Origin: Thermodesulfobacteriota bacterium
GTDB taxonomy: Bacteria; Desulfobacterota_D; UBA1144; Nemesobacterales; Nemesobacteraceae
Assembly: GCA_964291665.2 (NCBI GenBank)
Contig: OZ219814.1
Location: 140,549-204,548, forward strand
DNA length: 64,000 nt
Direction of reading: 5' to 3'
In this document: positions 37,832-47,203 of the stretch, piece after piece
Numbering within the stretch: the first letter of the stretch is position 1
Layout: each line of letters opens with the position of its first letter
Translations under genes and position numbers: made by a program
The notes under the pieces: generated by a model
What the model saw: only the letters and a program-made list of their open reading frames with translations
The model's database searches: none
Told to the model about the DNA's origin: nothing

Positions 37832-40800
37832 TCAACCCTCATCTAATACTTCGAAGTGGATGATCTCGGTGAAATCGTAGCGCTGGAAGTTGCCCGCCCG
37901 GTCCTCGATCGTCATCTCGGCCAGCCCCCAAATACCGGGGGCAGAACCCGGCGGCAGAAGCACCGTTCGGGTGTGAGTGGTCCAATTGGTGGGGTCATCT
38001 TCGGGGAATAATCGGGAGCGATTTCTAGAATAGTGATAGCCATAATGCTCGATGCCCTGTGGGTCGCGTAGCTGCATGCTTGCGACCTCGTAACCAGATA
38101 TGTTGTCCCTGACGCGGAAGGTAATCGTTACCAGAGTTTCGCCATTGGGCGCGTCCGGATTGGTGGGCTCGGCACTGATCCGAATGCCGTTTACATCCAG
38201 CTCAGGAGGTTCAAGGTCCGGATTATTGGTTTCCAGTCTAATTTGCTGGGGTGGTTCATCCACGATACTTTCCTCCTGACGCAGACTGTGCCCAGGATGG
38301 GTGAAGTAAACTCCCTTTGCATTCAGCGCCTCATCGTTCATGTGGATGTAATTCATCCTGTAGATCGAACTCGGCATGTAGTGAGGCATAACAAAATCCA
38401 CATTACAGAACCCGCTGGCTGAGTCATACAAACCCCATGCTTGATATCTGTAGGTTTCCAGAAATTCATCATTCAGGCTGGCATAACAAGGTGCGCGCCT
38501 CCGCATTGCGGTGTCCTCATCCACCTTCCAGGTTGCGTGAATCAACTGAACCTCCCGGCCTTCCAGGTTTGTGACGCTCTTGCTCAGTGACGCCGTGTTG
38601 CGCACATACTCGGGAGCGGTGATATCCTCCAGCAGGTTGCCGATGTAGAGTTTCCACCCAAAGTCATTCACCCCTTCGAACCGCTCGTTGCCAGCCGCAT
38701 CTGCGATGACGATCTGATTCGGCCGCCAGTAACCGGCTTTGGCGTGCTTGCTGAGAGTAAAGCTGCCTTTGAGTACCGTGCCCTGACTCAGCCGGTTGCC
38801 GTCCACATCCGTGGGGTAGAGGTGCAGGTCCACGAAGGTGCCGGTCTCGCTGAAAATGCGCGTATAGGCTTTTGTCGCTCCTTCCAGTTCCTCATCCAGA
38901 GAATGCAACTCAATTTCAACATGGATTGTGTTATCTTCCTCCGGCTCGCCCTCGACCACAATATCCACTCGCCGGATCTTGCCCGGATAGAGGTAGTCAG
39001 GGTACAGGTTATATACCTCAAAGGTCAGGTCTTCTCGGATAGCGGAGATGTAGATACTGCCTTGCATGATCCGGTCGCGGACGAACTCGTACTTGCCGAT
39101 GGCCCGGGATTTAAGTCTGTCCGGATTCACGATGAAATAGGAAATGGACTCGGCCATGTCCTCATTTGGATTTGCTGAGTGCGCGTAAGCGGAGACGAAC
39201 TCCGTTTGTTTGCTAGTAGACCAGCCGCTGGAGCTTTCCGGGTCTTGATACCAGCCGCCTAATTCAATCCAGTCCTGCTTGAGTTGCTCGTCGAACTGAT
39301 GGGCCCACAGGAAATGCGCCTTTTCGTGAATGATGAGGCGATGGATATAGGTGGCGGAAAAGTTGCTGAACCCGCTTTCCATGAACTCGATATAGCCGTC
39401 ATCGGGCCAGGCTACCGCAGGCGCGCTAGAATATATAGGATGTGGCGTGCCGTCCAAGCGCCGCACCAGATACTGCAGTTCAGGCAGTTTGTGCATACCC
39501 CTGGGCATTTCCTCAAACATATTGATCAACTGGACAATCTCTTCGGGGTGGAATTTCTGAAAGCGCGACGCGGACTCTCCGGTGGTGGAACTCGTGAGCT
39601 GGGAATAATTTGGTATGCGGGTCGTGACTCCGTAACGCAACCGGAAAATCTCTTCGTACGCCGCTTCATTCCTGCCGTTATCCGTGATGAAGCGCACCAG
39701 CGCGTGGTGAAGACGTTGCGAGTAGTAGACGCCCCGCTTGCCTTCAACCCTGGCGATCCGGGGGGTGGCATTGACGAAGACATCTTCGGAAATGAGAACG
39801 GTCCTGTAGCCTTCGTCCTGATGATGCGTAATCCGGATATCCTCCTCCAGGTGGTCAGAAGTGAGAAGCCACTTGCTTGGGGGAAGGCTCTGTTCCTCAT
39901 AGGAGTCCCGCCGCTTCTGCGGGATGGACTTTATGGTTTCGAGAAGGCGGTAGGAATGTTCTTGTGTCCATGAACCACCTTCCGAATCGACCAGCAAGAT
40001 GTTGTAGTCGTGATGGAGCTGGCCGGCTGACGCTTCATCAACCACCTCAACCTGCTCATCCAAAAACTCCACAACCACGGGTTGGTTCACATGGGCCGCA
40101 TAATCATAGCCGGCCACACTCTGATCTTCCTCCCAGTGATAGACAAAGGTGTCTGAATCGATCAGTTCCAGAACAAATCGGTCGATCCCGCCGCGCAAAG
40201 ATTTATGCCGCCCGATATCCAGACTGAACGCTCGGGCAAGCGATGACGTGTAGCCCGCTTTCCGCACCTTGACAACATAGTCGCCGTCCGGCAACGCGTA
40301 GAACTTGAACCTGCCGGAAGTATCCGGCGATGCGGTTTCCAATACGCCGTCCCCCGTCAACAGCACTTCAACGTTGCCGAAGGAGTTCATCTCGCCCTCA
40401 ATCTGGCCTTCATAAGCGAGATTGTTGTCAATGCTAATCTCCCGCGGGACCCCGTTAATCTCGATTTCGAAGCTGTCTTCTCCCACGGCCCCGGGTGCGG
40501 GCGAGTAGGTAACGGAACCGTCGGCATTCAAAACCACCGTCCCTTGCTGAGGGTCTCTCAGAATCCGGTCATTCAGAGGGTCGCTACCCTGTATGTTAAA
40601 GGTGACGGATTGATCCAGTCGTGTTGTGTATATCGCGGGTTCAAGCGAGGGCAGGTCCGGACACGAAGGACTGCTGAGGACTCTCGGGGAAACACAGGGG
40701 TCCATGGGTGCGGGATCTTCGGGGTCAAGGTCCATTTGCGGAGGATCTTCGGGATCGGGAGATTGGGAAGGCGCGGTATCGCTGCCACACCCGACCAGGA

Positions 40801-40840
40801 TCAGAACGAGGACAAGCACGACAGCAATAAAAAATGACAT
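37832..40840 (-). CDS. Large GC-rich lipoprotein with a zincin-type HExxH motif and a CarboxypepD_reg-like beta-sandwich (putative secreted metallopeptidase)
   Basis: Start taken at ATG 40840 (MSFFIAVVLVLVLILVGCGSD, with lipobox LVGC); the track ORF starts at 40948. Pro/Asp-rich linker. GRFKFYALPDGDYVVKVRKAGYTS. HEKAH at 39314-39328 followed by NPNEDMAESISYF. Confidence 0.6.
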   Translation of the reverse strand: MSFFIAVVLVLVLILVGCGSDTAPSQSPDPEDPPQMDLDPEDPAPMDPCVSPRVLSSPSCPDLPSLEPAIYTTRLDQSVTFNIQGSDPLNDRILRDPQQGTVVLNADGSVTYSPAPGAVGEDSFEIEINGVPREISIDNNLAYEGQIEGEMNSFGNVEVLLTGDGVLETASPDTSGRFKFYALPDGDYVVKVRKAGYTSSLARAFSLDIGRHKSLRGGIDRFVLELIDSDTFVYHWEEDQSVAGYDYAAHVNQPVVVEFLDEQVEVVDEASAGQLHHDYNILLVDSEGGSWTQEHSYRLLETIKSIPQKRRDSYEEQSLPPSKWLLTSDHLEEDIRITHHQDEGYRTVLISEDVFVNATPRIARVEGKRGVYYSQRLHHALVRFITDNGRNEAAYEEIFRLRYGVTTRIPNYSQLTSSTTGESASRFQKFHPEEIVQLINMFEEMPRGMHKLPELQYLVRRLDGTPHPIYSSAPAVAWPDDGYIEFMESGFSNFSATYIHRLIIHEKAHFLWAHQFDEQLKQDWIELGGWYQDPESSSGWSTSKQTEFVSAYAHSANPNEDMAESISYFIVNPDRLKSRAIGKYEFVRDRIMQGSIYISAIREDLTFEVYNLYPDYLYPGKIRRVDIVVEGEPEEDNTIHVEIELHSLDEELEGATKAYTRIFSETGTFVDLHLYPTDVDGNRLSQGTVLKGSFTLSKHAKAGYWRPNQIVIADAAGNERFEGVNDFGWKLYIGNLLEDITAPEYVRNTASLSKSVTNLEGREVQLIHATWKVDEDTAMRRRAPCYASLNDEFLETYRYQAWGLYDSASGFCNVDFVMPHYMPSSIYRMNYIHMNDEALNAKGVYFTHPGHSLRQEESIVDEPPQQIRLETNNPDLEPPELDVNGIRISAEPTNPDAPNGETLVTITFRVRDNISGYEVASMQLRDPQGIEHYGYHYSRNRSRLFPEDDPTNWTTHTRTVLLPPGSAPGIWGLAEMTIEDRAGNFQRYDFTEIIHFEVLDEG

Positions 40841-41026
40841 CGCGGCTGATCCAATTCCAAAGAAAGCAGGGATGAATGTTCTTGCGATGCCCCCGGATAA
40901 CAGTATCTTAGACCCTCTTTTTATATGTTGCTTTCTAGAACCGCCCATTTATACCTGCTATTCAATCCTATTACCCTACAAGCGCTTTTGTCAAGCAATG
41001 GTTGATGATGCTTAAATACCCGATTG

Positions 41027-43045
41027 TTACGCGACTCCTTCAGCGTATTTGAGTTCCAGTTCCTGCAGTTTCTTTATCCTGTTTCTGAATTCGGCCGCCT
41101 TCTCGAATTCAAGCTTTTTCGCGGCGGACTTCATCTCCCTCGAGAGCTTGGCTATAACCCCCGGGATCTTGTTCGGAGGTATATCGAGGAGATCCTCTTC
41201 CTCCGCACCTGAAATCTTGAGGTAGTCAGACTCGTATATGGAACCCAGCACGTCTGTTATATTTTTTTCGATGCTCCTCGGGACTATGTTGTTTCTCACG
41301 TTGTACTCCGTCTGGATATCTCTTCTCCTGCGGGTCTCCGCCATCGCGGCGCGCATAGACCCCGTCATGGTGTCCGCGTAGAGAATCACCCTGCCCGAAA
41401 CGTTTCTCGCCGCCCGGCCGAAAACCTGAACAAGCGAGGTTTCTGAGCGAAGATAGCCTTCCTTGTCGGCATCAAGCACCGCAACAAGGGAAACCTCTGG
41501 GATATCGAGTCCTTCCCGAAGAAGATTTATTCCTATCAGAACGTCAAACCGCGCGGCTCTAAGATCTCTTACGATCTTTATTCTCTCGAGGGTGTCAATC
41601 TCAGAATGCAGGTACTCAACCCGCAGACCAAGCTCCCTGTAATAGTCCGTAAGGTCTTCAGCCATCTTCTTTGTAAGCGTCGTAACGAGGGCCCTCTGCC
41701 CCGATGCGGCAACTTTTCTGAGTTCATCAAACAGATCGTCCACCTGGTTCTGGGCGGTGCGGGTCTCAATCAAGGGGTCGGCAAGCCCCGTCGGCCGTAT
41801 GATCTGCTCGACGACATTGCCGCGGGCCCGTTCGAGTTCATAAGGACCCGGGGTAGCCGAAACGTATACCACCTGCCCAACTTTGGCCTCGAACTCCTCG
41901 AAACTAAGGGGGCGGTTATCAAACGCGGAAGGAAGCCGGAACCCGTTTTCAACCAAAGAAAACTTCCTGCTTCTGTCACCCAGATACATGCCTCGAAGCT
42001 GCGGAATCATCTGGTGACTCTCGTCGATAACACAGAGAAAATCCTCGGGGAAATAATCAAGAAGCGTGTAAGGAGGTTCTCCAGGACGCCGTCCCGAGAT
42101 GTATCTCGAGTAATTCTCGATACCGGGACAAAACCCCATCGTATCTAGCAGCTCAAGATCAAACCTTGTTCTTTCCTCAAGTCGCTCAGCCTCAAGTTCC
42201 ATGCCCCGGCCTCTTAGTTCAGCGAGTCTGCCCTCAAGCTCCCTGCCTATGCTCTCCACAGCCTCTTCAAGAATGCTTTTGGGAGCCACGTAATGGGAGC
42301 CCGGAAAAATGGAAACCTCCCGTACCTCTCCGACAGTCTGTCCACTAAGGGGGTCTATAGCACGTATCGTCTCAATAGAATCTCCGAAGAACTCGACTCT
42401 GAGCGCGAGGGATTCCTCATGCGAGGGGAACACGTCCACCACGTCCCCCCTGACTCTATAGGTGCCCCTGTCAAGCTCGTCAATCTTTCTTTCGTAACGC
42501 ACCTCTTCAAGCCTGAGGGCGAAATCATTTCTTGAAAGTTCCATCCCCACTTCGATCTCGGTAAGCATGCCGTAATAAACCTTGGGCGCCCCGATTCCAT
42601 AGATAGCCGAAACGCTCGAGACAATTATCACATCCCTTCGCCTGAAAAGGGCCTTAGTGGCCGCGTGGCGCATGCGGTCTATATATTCGTTTATCGATGC
42701 GTCTTTCTCTATGTACGTGTCGGTCTCGGGGATATAGGCTTCGGGCTGGTAGTAATCGTAGTAGCTCACAAAATAGTGAACTTCGTTGTCGGGGAAAAAA
42801 TCGCGCAGTTCCGCATATATCTGTGCAGCTAAAGTCTTGTTGTGAACAAGTATCAGTGCGGGACGTCCGGCGTCACGGACAACGTGTGCCATGGTAAAAG
42901 TCTTGCCGCTTCCGGTAACTCCAAGGAGAACCTGATCCTTGCACCCTAGCTTTAACCCTTTGCTCAAGGCGGAAATGGCCCGGGGCTGATCTCCCCTGGG
43001 TTCAAAAGGACTTTTGAGCTTAAACAGAGATTTCCCGGAATCCAT
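41027..43045 (-). CDS. uvrB: Excinuclease ABC subunit B
   Basis: Start taken at the ATG at 43045 (MDSGKSLFKLKSPFEPRGDQPRAI matches the usual UvrB N-terminus). Walker A GVTGSGKTF, helicase motifs and a C-terminal UVR domain (EFEKAAEFRNRIKKL). Confidence 0.95.
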   Translation of the reverse strand: MDSGKSLFKLKSPFEPRGDQPRAISALSKGLKLGCKDQVLLGVTGSGKTFTMAHVVRDAGRPALILVHNKTLAAQIYAELRDFFPDNEVHYFVSYYDYYQPEAYIPETDTYIEKDASINEYIDRMRHAATKALFRRRDVIIVSSVSAIYGIGAPKVYYGMLTEIEVGMELSRNDFALRLEEVRYERKIDELDRGTYRVRGDVVDVFPSHEESLALRVEFFGDSIETIRAIDPLSGQTVGEVREVSIFPGSHYVAPKSILEEAVESIGRELEGRLAELRGRGMELEAERLEERTRFDLELLDTMGFCPGIENYSRYISGRRPGEPPYTLLDYFPEDFLCVIDESHQMIPQLRGMYLGDRSRKFSLVENGFRLPSAFDNRPLSFEEFEAKVGQVVYVSATPGPYELERARGNVVEQIIRPTGLADPLIETRTAQNQVDDLFDELRKVAASGQRALVTTLTKKMAEDLTDYYRELGLRVEYLHSEIDTLERIKIVRDLRAARFDVLIGINLLREGLDIPEVSLVAVLDADKEGYLRSETSLVQVFGRAARNVSGRVILYADTMTGSMRAAMAETRRRRDIQTEYNVRNNIVPRSIEKNITDVLGSIYESDYLKISGAEEEDLLDIPPNKIPGVIAKLSREMKSAAKKLEFEKAAEFRNRIKKLQELELKYAEGVA

Positions 43046-43180
43046 TTCGGGGATTATTTTAACCACCCATACAGCCATCATAAACAAACAAAGGTTCAAC
43101 CACAGCCGCAGAAACAGCCTTTCAGTGATTTTACAGGAGCCGACCCATGAGAAATAATATAATTTTGGAGCAGAGGACAG

Positions 43181-43212
43181 GCGAGAAGCGGCGTTGCGAC
43201 ACCGTTTCTCGC
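43181..43212 (+). other. 11-bp stem-loop in the cobA/hemD 5' region
   Basis: GCGAGAAGCGG-cgttgcgaca-CCGTTTCTCGC. The single non-Watson-Crick position is G-U on the plus-strand RNA but C-A on the minus-strand RNA. Confidence 0.3.
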
Positions 43213-43284
43213 TTCAGGTGTTAATGTACGAAGAAACGGACAGGTAAATTTCTCCAGGGTCTCTACCCAGCAATCCACGGTTCC

Positions 43285-44796
43285 ATGAGCGAAAAAAAAG
43301 GCAGGGTTTATCTGATCGGCGCGGGTCCCGGCGATGCAGGACTTCTTACCTTAAAGGGAAAGAAACTGCTCGGGGAAGCACAGGTCGTAATCTATGATTC
43401 TCTCGTAAACCCGCAGATTCTTAAGTTCTGCCGTCCCGACGCAGAACTTCTCTTTGCAGGCAAGACAATGGGACAAGCGCATATATCCCAAGAAGAGATA
43501 AACGAGCTTCTTATAAGCAAGGCAAAAGAGGGGAAAACGGTGGCAAGACTAAAAGGGGGTGATCCTTTTGTTTTCGGAAGGGGTGGAGAAGAAGCCGAGG
43601 CAGTAGTTCAAAACGGCATTGATATCGAGATCGTCCCTGGAGTAAGCTCCATTACCGCGGTGCCGGCTTACGGAGGAATTCCCATTACTCACAGACAATA
43701 CAATTCTTCTTTCGCGGTTTTTACCGGACATCATCAAAGAGAGGATTTTGACTACGATCCGGCCGAAATCGAAACAATGGTATTTCTTATGGGACTAACC
43801 AATCTCGAGAGCATAATGAAGAAACTGCTTGAGCTCGGGAAAAAGCCTTCCACCCCTGTTGCGGTCATATCATGCGGCACGTTGCCTGAACAGAGGTCCG
43901 TTGTGGGGACCATTTCCGACATAGCGGAAAAAACCAGAGTTCTCGACGTGCAGACCCCTGCCACCATAGTGGTTGGAGAGGTAGCCGCGTTCGCAGAAGC
44001 TATAAGGTGGTACGAGAAAAAACCTCTTTTCGGAAAAACCATAATGGTAACGAGAGAAAAGGATGCTTCATCCGGGTTCGCAGAACTTCTTGCCTCCTGC
44101 GGAGCAAAGACCGTCGAATTTCCCACGATTGAAATAAAACCCGTAAGAGATACCAAGGCACAGCAGCTTTCTGTAAAAAACTTGGAAGACTACGATTTTC
44201 TGGTCTTCACAAGTGTAAACGGGGTCAGGAACTATTTCGATGTGCTCGCTTCCCATGAAAAGGACTCGCGCGACCTAAAAGGCAAAAAGATGATAGCCAT
44301 AGGAGAAAAAACATCGGAAGAACTGCTAAAGTACAACCTCGTGCCGGATTACATGCCCGTAGTCTATACGGCTGAAGGAATAATTTCGCTTGCAGAGAAA
44401 CTAAACCTCGACGGCAAAAAAATACTTATACCAAGAGCGCTTGTGGCAAGAGAACTTCTCCCCGAAACATTGCGGGCGATGGGAGCCGAGGTGGAAGTGC
44501 TCTGCGTTTATGAAACTCTTATTCCAGACTATACAGAGGAAGAACTTGACCTGATGAAAATGAGACTCTCCGCGGCGGAGATAGACCTCGTGACGTTCAC
44601 CAGCTCCTCAACCGTAACAAACTTCTTCTCGCTTCTCGGAAAAGACCCGCAACTTTTTGCCAAAACCGGGTTTGGATGCATAGGACCCGTAACGGCCGCA
44701 ACACTGCTCGGCTACGGTTTTACCCCTGTGATAACCGCCGATATTCATACAACCCGGGGTCTTAAAGAAAAAATTCTGGGCCTTTATCTCTCATAA
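43285..44796 (+). CDS. cobA: Uroporphyrinogen-III C-methyltransferase / uroporphyrinogen-III synthase fusion
   Basis: 503 aa. SUMT N-terminus (VYLIGAGPGDAGLLTLKG) plus a C-terminal HemD-like domain. Confidence 0.9.
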   Translation: MSEKKGRVYLIGAGPGDAGLLTLKGKKLLGEAQVVIYDSLVNPQILKFCRPDAELLFAGKTMGQAHISQEEINELLISKAKEGKTVARLKGGDPFVFGRGGEEAEAVVQNGIDIEIVPGVSSITAVPAYGGIPITHRQYNSSFAVFTGHHQREDFDYDPAEIETMVFLMGLTNLESIMKKLLELGKKPSTPVAVISCGTLPEQRSVVGTISDIAEKTRVLDVQTPATIVVGEVAAFAEAIRWYEKKPLFGKTIMVTREKDASSGFAELLASCGAKTVEFPTIEIKPVRDTKAQQLSVKNLEDYDFLVFTSVNGVRNYFDVLASHEKDSRDLKGKKMIAIGEKTSEELLKYNLVPDYMPVVYTAEGIISLAEKLNLDGKKILIPRALVARELLPETLRAMGAEVEVLCVYETLIPDYTEEELDLMKMRLSAAEIDLVTFTSSSTVTNFFSLLGKDPQLFAKTGFGCIGPVTAATLLGYGFTPVITADIHTTRGLKEKILGLYLS

Positions 44797-44814
44797 AAAG
44801 GCTGACACTTTGAA

Positions 44815-45549
44815 ATGCCGAGATTTCCAATCAGAAAAGAACCCCATTTAGAAGACGACGGAATTCTTCGTGGAACAATATCCGAAAGCGACTACACGCA
44901 TATAACAAAAGTGCTGAGACTCGGGGCCGGGGACCGCATAACCGTTTTTGACACCAAATCCACCGAGTATGAGGGCACAATAACGGATATCTCCTCTGCA
45001 AACATCGCTCTGCGGGTTCAAAACACCCGACTGTTGCGAACAGAACCTGGACTGGAACTGAACCTCTTCCAGGCGATTCTTAAAGGAAGCAGGATGGACG
45101 GGATAATCAGTCAGGCAACTCAGCTCGGCGTATCTGGGATTTTTCCGGTAATTTCAGAAAGAACCCAGGTAAGGTCAACTGCCAAGGTGGACAGGTGGAA
45201 CAAGATAGCCCGGGAATCGATAAAGCAATGTGGAAGGGCAACTCCACCTTTGGTTTCCGAGCCGGTTGATTTTCAGGGTTCCCTTGGAATCAGAGGGCAA
45301 AGCGAGATGAAAATAATACTTTATGAAAATCAAGACGAGTTGCTCGGGGATTACATGCATTCTCTCACAAGACCCGTAAACAGCATAAACGTCTATATAG
45401 GTCCCGAAGGGGGGTTTTCTGAGAAAGAAATCAGCCTAGCTGAGGAAAGCGGTTACACAGCCCTTGGTCTTGGAAAAAGAATACTAAGAGCGGAAACGGC
45501 TTCAGTGGTAAGTCTGGCACTTCTCCAGTCCCGTTTCGGTGATATCTAA
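44815..45549 (+). CDS. rsmE: 16S rRNA (uracil1498-N3)-methyltransferase RsmE
   Basis: 244 aa. PUA-like N-terminus and SPOUT C-terminus (IGPEGGFSEKE...LGKRILRAETA). Confidence 0.88.
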   Translation: MPRFPIRKEPHLEDDGILRGTISESDYTHITKVLRLGAGDRITVFDTKSTEYEGTITDISSANIALRVQNTRLLRTEPGLELNLFQAILKGSRMDGIISQATQLGVSGIFPVISERTQVRSTAKVDRWNKIARESIKQCGRATPPLVSEPVDFQGSLGIRGQSEMKIILYENQDELLGDYMHSLTRPVNSINVYIGPEGGFSEKEISLAEESGYTALGLGKRILRAETASVVSLALLQSRFGDI

Positions 45550-45597
45550 TCACGAGGCAAAGTCATACGCCGTGACAGTCAAAATCTTCCCGCAGAA

Positions 45598-45990
45598 TCA
45601 GTCAATCAGAGTATAAATAGCGGTGGCCTTCGCCACGCAAACACCCGAGTTCAAAACTTCGCTCTCGACGGGCATGATTCTCCCCTGTCTGAGCACCTTG
45701 GCACGGCAGATAGTAACACCTTCTCTGATAGGTTCGAGATAGCTTATATTCATTCCGGACGTAAGGAACTTTTTTCCCTCTCTTGCGACGCTGGCAACTG
45801 CAACTCCGCAGGCCGCATCCGCCAATGTGAAGATGGCCCCGCCGTGGAGCATTCCATAGTGCTGCGTATACTCCTCAATAAACGGCATGGAAAGCTCCGC
45901 CTCCCCGTTTTCCATGCGGAGAATCTCTATTTTCATCGTGTCAAAAATTTTCGGGTGACCGGAGGGAAGTCTGATAGGTTTTTCGCTCAT
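45598..45990 (-). CDS. PaaI-family hotdog-fold thioesterase
   Basis: 130 aa. GMLHGGAIFTLADAACG motif. 4-nt overlap with the upstream MFS gene. Confidence 0.8.
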   Translation of the reverse strand: MSEKPIRLPSGHPKIFDTMKIEILRMENGEAELSMPFIEEYTQHYGMLHGGAIFTLADAACGVAVASVAREGKKFLTSGMNISYLEPIREGVTICRAKVLRQGRIMPVESEVLNSGVCVAKATAIYTLID

Positions 45991-47162
45991 ACTTTACGCT
46001 CCTTTAATACAGAACTCCTGGCAAAGAATAAAAATCCCATAAATACCATAAGCGCTATTGAAACAAACATCGTCCTGAATCCGAAAAGCTCGGCTACCAC
46101 TCCGAAAACAAAAGACCCCAACATTCCGCCCGCCGTGAACGAGACGCTGCTTATGGCAAAAGCCTTTGCCCTCGCCTCCTTCGGATTCGAGTCTATTATG
46201 ATCGAATATATCGAAGGATACACAAATCCGTGCGCGCAGCCGAATATGACTCCGCAGAGAATAAGGAGTTTAATTTCGTACACAAAACTCAGCATGAAAA
46301 CACTCAGTCCCAGAAAGAAAACAAACGGAGAAGCGACTCTCCACTTGCCATACTTGTCGGGAACCCAGCCGAGAAACAGTCTGATCGCAAGCACTGAAAC
46401 GGTGTAGGAAAGAAAATAAACGTGAAAGTTCTCTATGTTTATTGAAAGCGAGAAGATGGAGATGAAGTTAAACGTTGTTATAAACGCCGCTCCGCATATA
46501 AAAAGCGTAGCGGAGGACACAGACGTAGCCTTGTTCCGAAGACAATCCAAATAGCCTGGCCCCGTGTCTTCCACCATAGCAGCTTTTTTCCCCTCTCCGA
46601 TCATAAAAGAAACCCCAAGACCCAAAAGCGCCGTAGCGGTTAAGAAAAAGATGAAGAAATCAAAGCCGAAGTTCTTTATCAGAATGGAACCGACGTAAGG
46701 GGCGATTGCATAGTTTATTATTGTGAAAACGCCGTATATGCCGAGCGCCTGCGCTCTTCTTTGCTCGCTTGAAACATCAACAGTAAGCGCCCCCGCGGCG
46801 ACAAAGAAAAGGGAAAAGGAACAGCCGTGAACTATCCTGATAATGTAGTAGAGGTAATCGACCCTGTCTAAGAAGGCCAGTGGAAACGTCGAGGCGGCAA
46901 GCAGCGCGAACCCCAGCAGCACAAACAGTCTCTTTCCGTACCTGTCGGTTATGTGGCCGGCGTAAGGAGTAAGAAAAAGGGTGCTCAGTCCCGCAATGCC
47001 CATCACGAATCCCACAATCTTCTCGGTTCCTCCCAGTTCAGAAATTCTAATGGGCAGAAGGAGAAACGAATGGAAGTTAAAGAAGTAAAGGCACCCGAGA
47101 AAAGTTACAAGCACAAAGCTTCTGTTAAGCAAAGGTGGTGAATTTTTCTGTGTGTCGCTCAT
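45987..47162 (-). CDS. MFS transporter
   Basis: 391 aa with about 12 predicted hydrophobic segments and an MFS loop motif (GHITDRYGKR). Confidence 0.8.
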   Translation of the reverse strand: MSDTQKNSPPLLNRSFVLVTFLGCLYFFNFHSFLLLPIRISELGGTEKIVGFVMGIAGLSTLFLTPYAGHITDRYGKRLFVLLGFALLAASTFPLAFLDRVDYLYYIIRIVHGCSFSLFFVAAGALTVDVSSEQRRAQALGIYGVFTIINYAIAPYVGSILIKNFGFDFFIFFLTATALLGLGVSFMIGEGKKAAMVEDTGPGYLDCLRNKATSVSSATLFICGAAFITTFNFISIFSLSINIENFHVYFLSYTVSVLAIRLFLGWVPDKYGKWRVASPFVFFLGLSVFMLSFVYEIKLLILCGVIFGCAHGFVYPSIYSIIIDSNPKEARAKAFAISSVSFTAGGMLGSFVFGVVAELFGFRTMFVSIALMVFMGFLFFARSSVLKERKV

Positions 47163-47203
47163 TTTTCAGAAGAAAAAGGTGGCCTCCAGACCGAAGACGG
47201 TTT

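Noticed and set aside
37741-40966. An 8-bp direct repeat TATTCAAT at 37741-37748 and 40959-40966 bracketing the GC-rich lipoprotein island, as a possible target-site duplication.
   Set aside because: An 8-mer match between two roughly 100-bp AT-rich flanks is expected by chance at an appreciable rate. No integrase or inverted repeats accompany it.
43096-43278. A 60-aa Cys-rich minus-strand ORF in the uvrB-cobA spacer.
   Set aside because: It has a GTG start with no Shine-Dalgarno and no recognisable motif. It is most likely a chance ORF in promoter DNA. It would need frame conservation in relatives to be revived.
43046-43284. Cobalamin riboswitch upstream of cobA/hemD, or a LexA (SOS) box upstream of uvrB.
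   Set aside because: I could not find the B12-box or conserved riboswitch core, nor CTGT-N8-ACAG or GAAC-N4-GTTC type boxes. Only a short GGTTGAACC dyad is present. An Infernal/Rfam scan would be decisive.
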